64,000 nt of DNA from a virus, in IMG/VR virus record IMGVR_UViG_3300024344_003209, positions 35,224 through 99,223 of that record, one strand, 5' to 3'. The position numbers were made by a program, and so were the translations under genes. Shown here piece after piece: positions 61,701 through 64,000 of this stretch. Positions within the stretch are counted from its first letter, which is position 1. Each line of letters starts with the position of its first letter. The notes beneath the pieces were generated by a model. It saw only the letters and a list, made by a program, of their open reading frames with translations, did no database searches and was not told the DNA's origin.

Positions 61701-63933
61701 TCCCTATTCTAACTCTAGTCTCAGCACAAAGTAAAGGAGATTTAACACAAGTAAGAGCACAAAGAGGATGGTAAGCACACATCATACCGGATGAATGATT
61801 CCCTTCTATCCTAAGCCCCCACTGCCCACTACAATTCAATAAACCAAAGTTAGACGTACCATCAAAATATACATAACCCCTTGCCGTACCGTCACAAGCG
61901 CGAAGATATATTCCACCCGGAGCAGTACAACCACTATATACATTAAGATAAGGGTTACCTGAGTGATTTCTTAATATATTAGTCTGAACACAGCTAGTAC
62001 CACAAAAGACATTAGAATAAACCTGAGAGTGAAAGTAGAAAGTACCAGAACCATCTCCACTATGGAAATTGAGATTACCGCCGGAAGCGCATACTTTCCA
62101 AGACCTTGTACCGGTTTGATCAAACTGCAAACAACCAGAAGGAAACACAACAGGAGTCACAACGCACGTCGCCGCACAAAGCCTATTAGTATCCCAGTGG
62201 CCACCTGCGCCACCTACGGCATAAAGAGTACCCTCAAATAACATGTTTGAAGTAGCGCAAATACATGTAGACTTCATGCAAGTAGTAGCACAAACATTTT
62301 GTATCTTTAAAGTGTTTTCAACATTTGAAGACTTGTTATGAGCAGCAGGATTACCATTTAATAATTCTCCGAAACTAGGCTCCATACCATTCATTTCGTA
62401 AAAACCCGGCCCCCACCATTGCACAACTTCATCGCCACCGTCAGAGTAGTAAAGATAAACTCTATGCCCATTACTATGGCAAGTAGAAGAGCCCATTCTG
62501 TACGTGGTGTTTGTTCTTGTTTTTGTGCCATCACACAATCTATAGACTCCACCATTATAACTTGAGCTTGTATCATCGCAACCAACTATATATCCAACAG
62601 ACACATACCATTGTCCTTCTTCAAAATTAGATATGCCTGAACTCATGAAATAAGGATTAGTATTAGCGCTTCCGTCAATATTTCTTATATCGTTTGCTCC
62701 AGAACCTGTTCCATGATAAAACGAACCGCTGTTGTTACCAGCAACCAGTTTTTTCAAATATATAACAGATAAATAAGATCTTTTTGGATCAAGATTACAT
62801 ATACCTTTAGTCCAACCGCCATCAGCGTCACTAGCTGTATCGTTTTGGTAACTATGCCATATTAAAGATCTGCGGCCCCAAGGGTCAATACCATAGCAAG
62901 TCCTATTGCACTCAGCTACAGCATGGAAAGCGTTGCTGTCAGGTGAATCTTGGCTATTATTACCAGTAGGGCAATATCTCCAACAACTAGAAGGGGCGTA
63001 GTTCCATCTTACGTGTTTTGCTACTTCTCCTCTTGGGCTTGCATTGTCTCCGGTCGATCCACTCAAACAAAGTTTTACGCCTTGTGATGTACCACAACTA
63101 ACTATACTAGTATTAGCGCAAAGAACACCACATGCCTGAACAGCTCCTCCGTTATGTATTACAAGTCTGCCACTGTTGTTGGTGCCAAAGCATATAGCGT
63201 TATTAGATCTATTCCATATGCATATATGAGATGCGGCTTGATCATTTTCAATTTTTAACACCTTACTGTTATCATGCCTAATCCATGCATAGTCAGAACC
63301 AGAAAAATCTCCATCAGAGCCGTCTAATAATAAAGTTGCGGTGTTATCAGTTGAGCCTATATATACAGCCTTTGCGCCTGCACCGTATGTTTTAAAACAA
63401 GTACCAGCACAAATTATAGGAGAATACAAACAAGTGTCTGCTTTTGCAATTGCAGTAGAACAAAGCATAGCAGACCTAACACAGTCTGCACCACACACAG
63501 AGGAGTGAGAACAAAGATACGTAAAAGCTGTAATCCCTCCACTAGATTCAAAATCGCCTGCTATATCTAGATCGCCTGATACAGCTGCATTGCCTCCGGA
63601 GTAAAGACAACTAGTAGCACAAAGTTTAGCAGACTTAACACAGGAAGTACCACAAAGAATAGGAGTCTGAAGACAAGTACAACCATAAACACATGTTCCT
63701 AAAATTCTAAGGGCGTCGTTCCATCCTCCGCCGCTATACGTTCTTATCTTAAAATCTTGACTGGCTGCTCTTTGGAGACTTATATCTACAGAGCCATGGG
63801 AAGTCCCCATGTAGATATCATGAGCGCTGCTATTGACAAACCTTGCGCTGCCGCAAACCATCAAATGTTCTGGCGCTGTAGTTGTGCCATTTACCGTTAA
63901 TTTTGTCGCACAAGTTGCTAATAGATTTGCCAT
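58759..63933 (-). CDS. Cysteine-rich tail fibre/adhesin (1724 aa)
   Basis: FYGDGSNLTG, NTAxG beta-roll repeats and a C-terminal SFRIVHP..L.HSFVESP domain seen in phage fibres; about 117 Cys by hand count. Confidence 0.8.
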   Translation of the reverse strand: MANLLATCATKLTVNGTTTAPEHLMVCGSARFVNSSAHDIYMGTSHGSVDISLQRAASQDFKIRTYSGGGWNDALRILGTCVYGCTCLQTPILCGTSCVKSAKLCATSCLYSGGNAAVSGDLDIAGDFESSGGITAFTYLCSHSSVCGADCVRSAMLCSTAIAKADTCLYSPIICAGTCFKTYGAGAKAVYIGSTDNTATLLLDGSDGDFSGSDYAWIRHDNSKVLKIENDQAASHICIWNRSNNAICFGTNNSGRLVIHNGGAVQACGVLCANTSIVSCGTSQGVKLCLSGSTGDNASPRGEVAKHVRWNYAPSSCWRYCPTGNNSQDSPDSNAFHAVAECNRTCYGIDPWGRRSLIWHSYQNDTASDADGGWTKGICNLDPKRSYLSVIYLKKLVAGNNSGSFYHGTGSGANDIRNIDGSANTNPYFMSSGISNFEEGQWYVSVGYIVGCDDTSSSYNGGVYRLCDGTKTRTNTTYRMGSSTCHSNGHRVYLYYSDGGDEVVQWWGPGFYEMNGMEPSFGELLNGNPAAHNKSSNVENTLKIQNVCATTCMKSTCICATSNMLFEGTLYAVGGAGGHWDTNRLCAATCVVTPVVFPSGCLQFDQTGTRSWKVCASGGNLNFHSGDGSGTFYFHSQVYSNVFCGTSCVQTNILRNHSGNPYLNVYSGCTAPGGIYLRACDGTARGYVYFDGTSNFGLLNCSGQWGLRIEGNHSSGMMCAYHPLCALTCVKSPLLCAETRVRIGNVDLTNSNDTRLKLCGSGDNYMIYGPANDNGWGYIQSVNNANGMYLETQQGRFAFDTGHLSGYNDAEIDVGVTNNRFRCANFSCNIYGKYLHSETFVYAGSCMCSAILCATGSMKAPTICSTGHLNSPRLCLAGDPSGDMANGVTLGRTGGLPQALWGESGSTTGRIEIGLPTLDGEGGSTHHGMVHVAIDVYEYNNNNATTIIVGGHNWNCRWYNCGAHITGGCSDKSIKLAYHSCGGTSDGRYVILLGECDSTWSYGSVHVRSITNGLFYCNAMNMCTPWYLKRVTCTDSYYNCASTDLRTSSKSMAGYQCAMTCLHTPRVCATTCVKSTVLCSTGCASISTAGDNLGLAIGEAYSNEGSWNTQLNMMGTGHSILRIKKSSGDAADNAQCLSMYVHNNYSARINSSGNMLLSAAGSARLCLTSTYTCALNNFYVANILNINGLCLHKQDSHLLNYKSAHGTVAGIRFQTSDTTIQGYTYADSKHMGFLDADGQWTYFAKCDTCHDWRINNNRQMALFSACLCHCSKIEAATLCAPTCVQSPVVCGTSFMNSGKFCSGSSYLCSNCLSMAGTIKSTNCICASQHMCASHFYGDGSNLTGISAGCTESSGCVNQGFGSCSFKCKVANAKCNTAFGYQALCCAAGCQNTAVGHKALSVFRGNRNTAIGSHSMQGVVGCCCNNCPGDCNTSVGDSTLCVLTTGKKNLALGNNAGACLCTGCCNIFVGSAAGFGFTTGHMNTAVGRIAGGSAQATGSCNTFLGACAGGHITSGSNNILIGYCAGMETVIDTESNCMIIGNSSMQNGRICVNCFTFSGTVAKSSGSFRIVHPDPAKSATKDLWHSFVESPNEGDNIYRWQVETTNCTNTIILPDYYRHLNKDDMVWVSPYKNFGSAYGEVTADQCCLVICSNFDGCYNVLLIGTRKDPAAVNAWAGTSRDINGDSPFVKSSVEYEGEENEEGNRSVSSHTLVRNMSDYQALNGD

Positions 63934-64000
63934 TTACTTAATTTTTTCCTTTATTTCTTTTAGTTCTTTGTACATCTGTTTGAATCCATCAAATAGAACT
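63934..64000 (-). CDS. C-terminal end of the upstream gene (coiled coil, as at the end of S74 chaperone-bearing fibres)
   Basis: ..VLFDGFKQMYKELKEIKEKIK*; its TAA abuts the fibre ATG. Only 21 codons are visible. Confidence 0.45.
   Translation of the reverse strand, partial: VLFDGFKQMYKELKEIKEKIK

Noticed and set aside
11376-62585. Many short plus-strand and nested ORFs in the track
   Set aside because: They are antisense or off-frame shadows of long genes, without RBS, promoter or recognisable motif.
58759-63933. Cys excess explained by reassignment of TGT/TGC codons
   Set aside because: The same codons encode canonical Zn ligands elsewhere (PCSEC in dCMP deaminase, the Zn finger at 11015-11353), and other structural genes are Cys-poor.
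58759-64000. Diversity-generating retroelement acting on the fibre
   Set aside because: No reverse transcriptase and no TR/VR repeat pair differing at adenines was seen in this window.
1-64000. Stop-codon recoding, tRNAs, CRISPR arrays, introns or inteins
   Set aside because: TAA, TAG and TGA all end genes at tightly packed boundaries, coding density is high under the standard code, and no cloverleaf, repeat-spacer array or intein/intron signature was seen.

Overview
This 64 kb window comes from a large, AT-rich, gene-dense tailed dsDNA bacteriophage read in the standard bacterial code. No tRNA, rRNA, CRISPR array or mobile element was seen. Positions 1-11 kb hold divergent early/middle genes under near-consensus sigma70 promoters. 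They encode a phage sigma factor, dCMP deaminase, dUTPase, dNMP kinase, Hsp20 under a perfect sigma54 promoter, a Whirly-like ssDNA-binding protein, a Rad52/Sak-like annealase, GT4/GT9 glycosyltransferases and an FkbM methyltransferase. Positions 11-64 kb are one minus-strand morphogenesis block. In transcription order it runs: Cys-rich fibre, GT9-like enzyme, fibre-associated paralog pair, head-tail joining genes, tail tube, chaperones, 2134-aa tape measure, tail-tip/baseplate genes and a ~5.7k-aa giant protein. A repeated GTGTAAT[T/A] motif marks late gene starts. The best candidate for an undescribed system is the ~7% cysteine fibre with 11-residue CxxxC repeats followed by a GT9-like enzyme whose predicted catalytic Asp is replaced by Lys, which suggests S-glycosylation of the virion. 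Next are a ~400-nt structured RNA with a uORF in front of the sigma gene, and a tape measure protein with GxxPNF-delimited cassettes, one of them PD-(D/E)xK-like. All family assignments come from motif recognition by eye; no searches were run.
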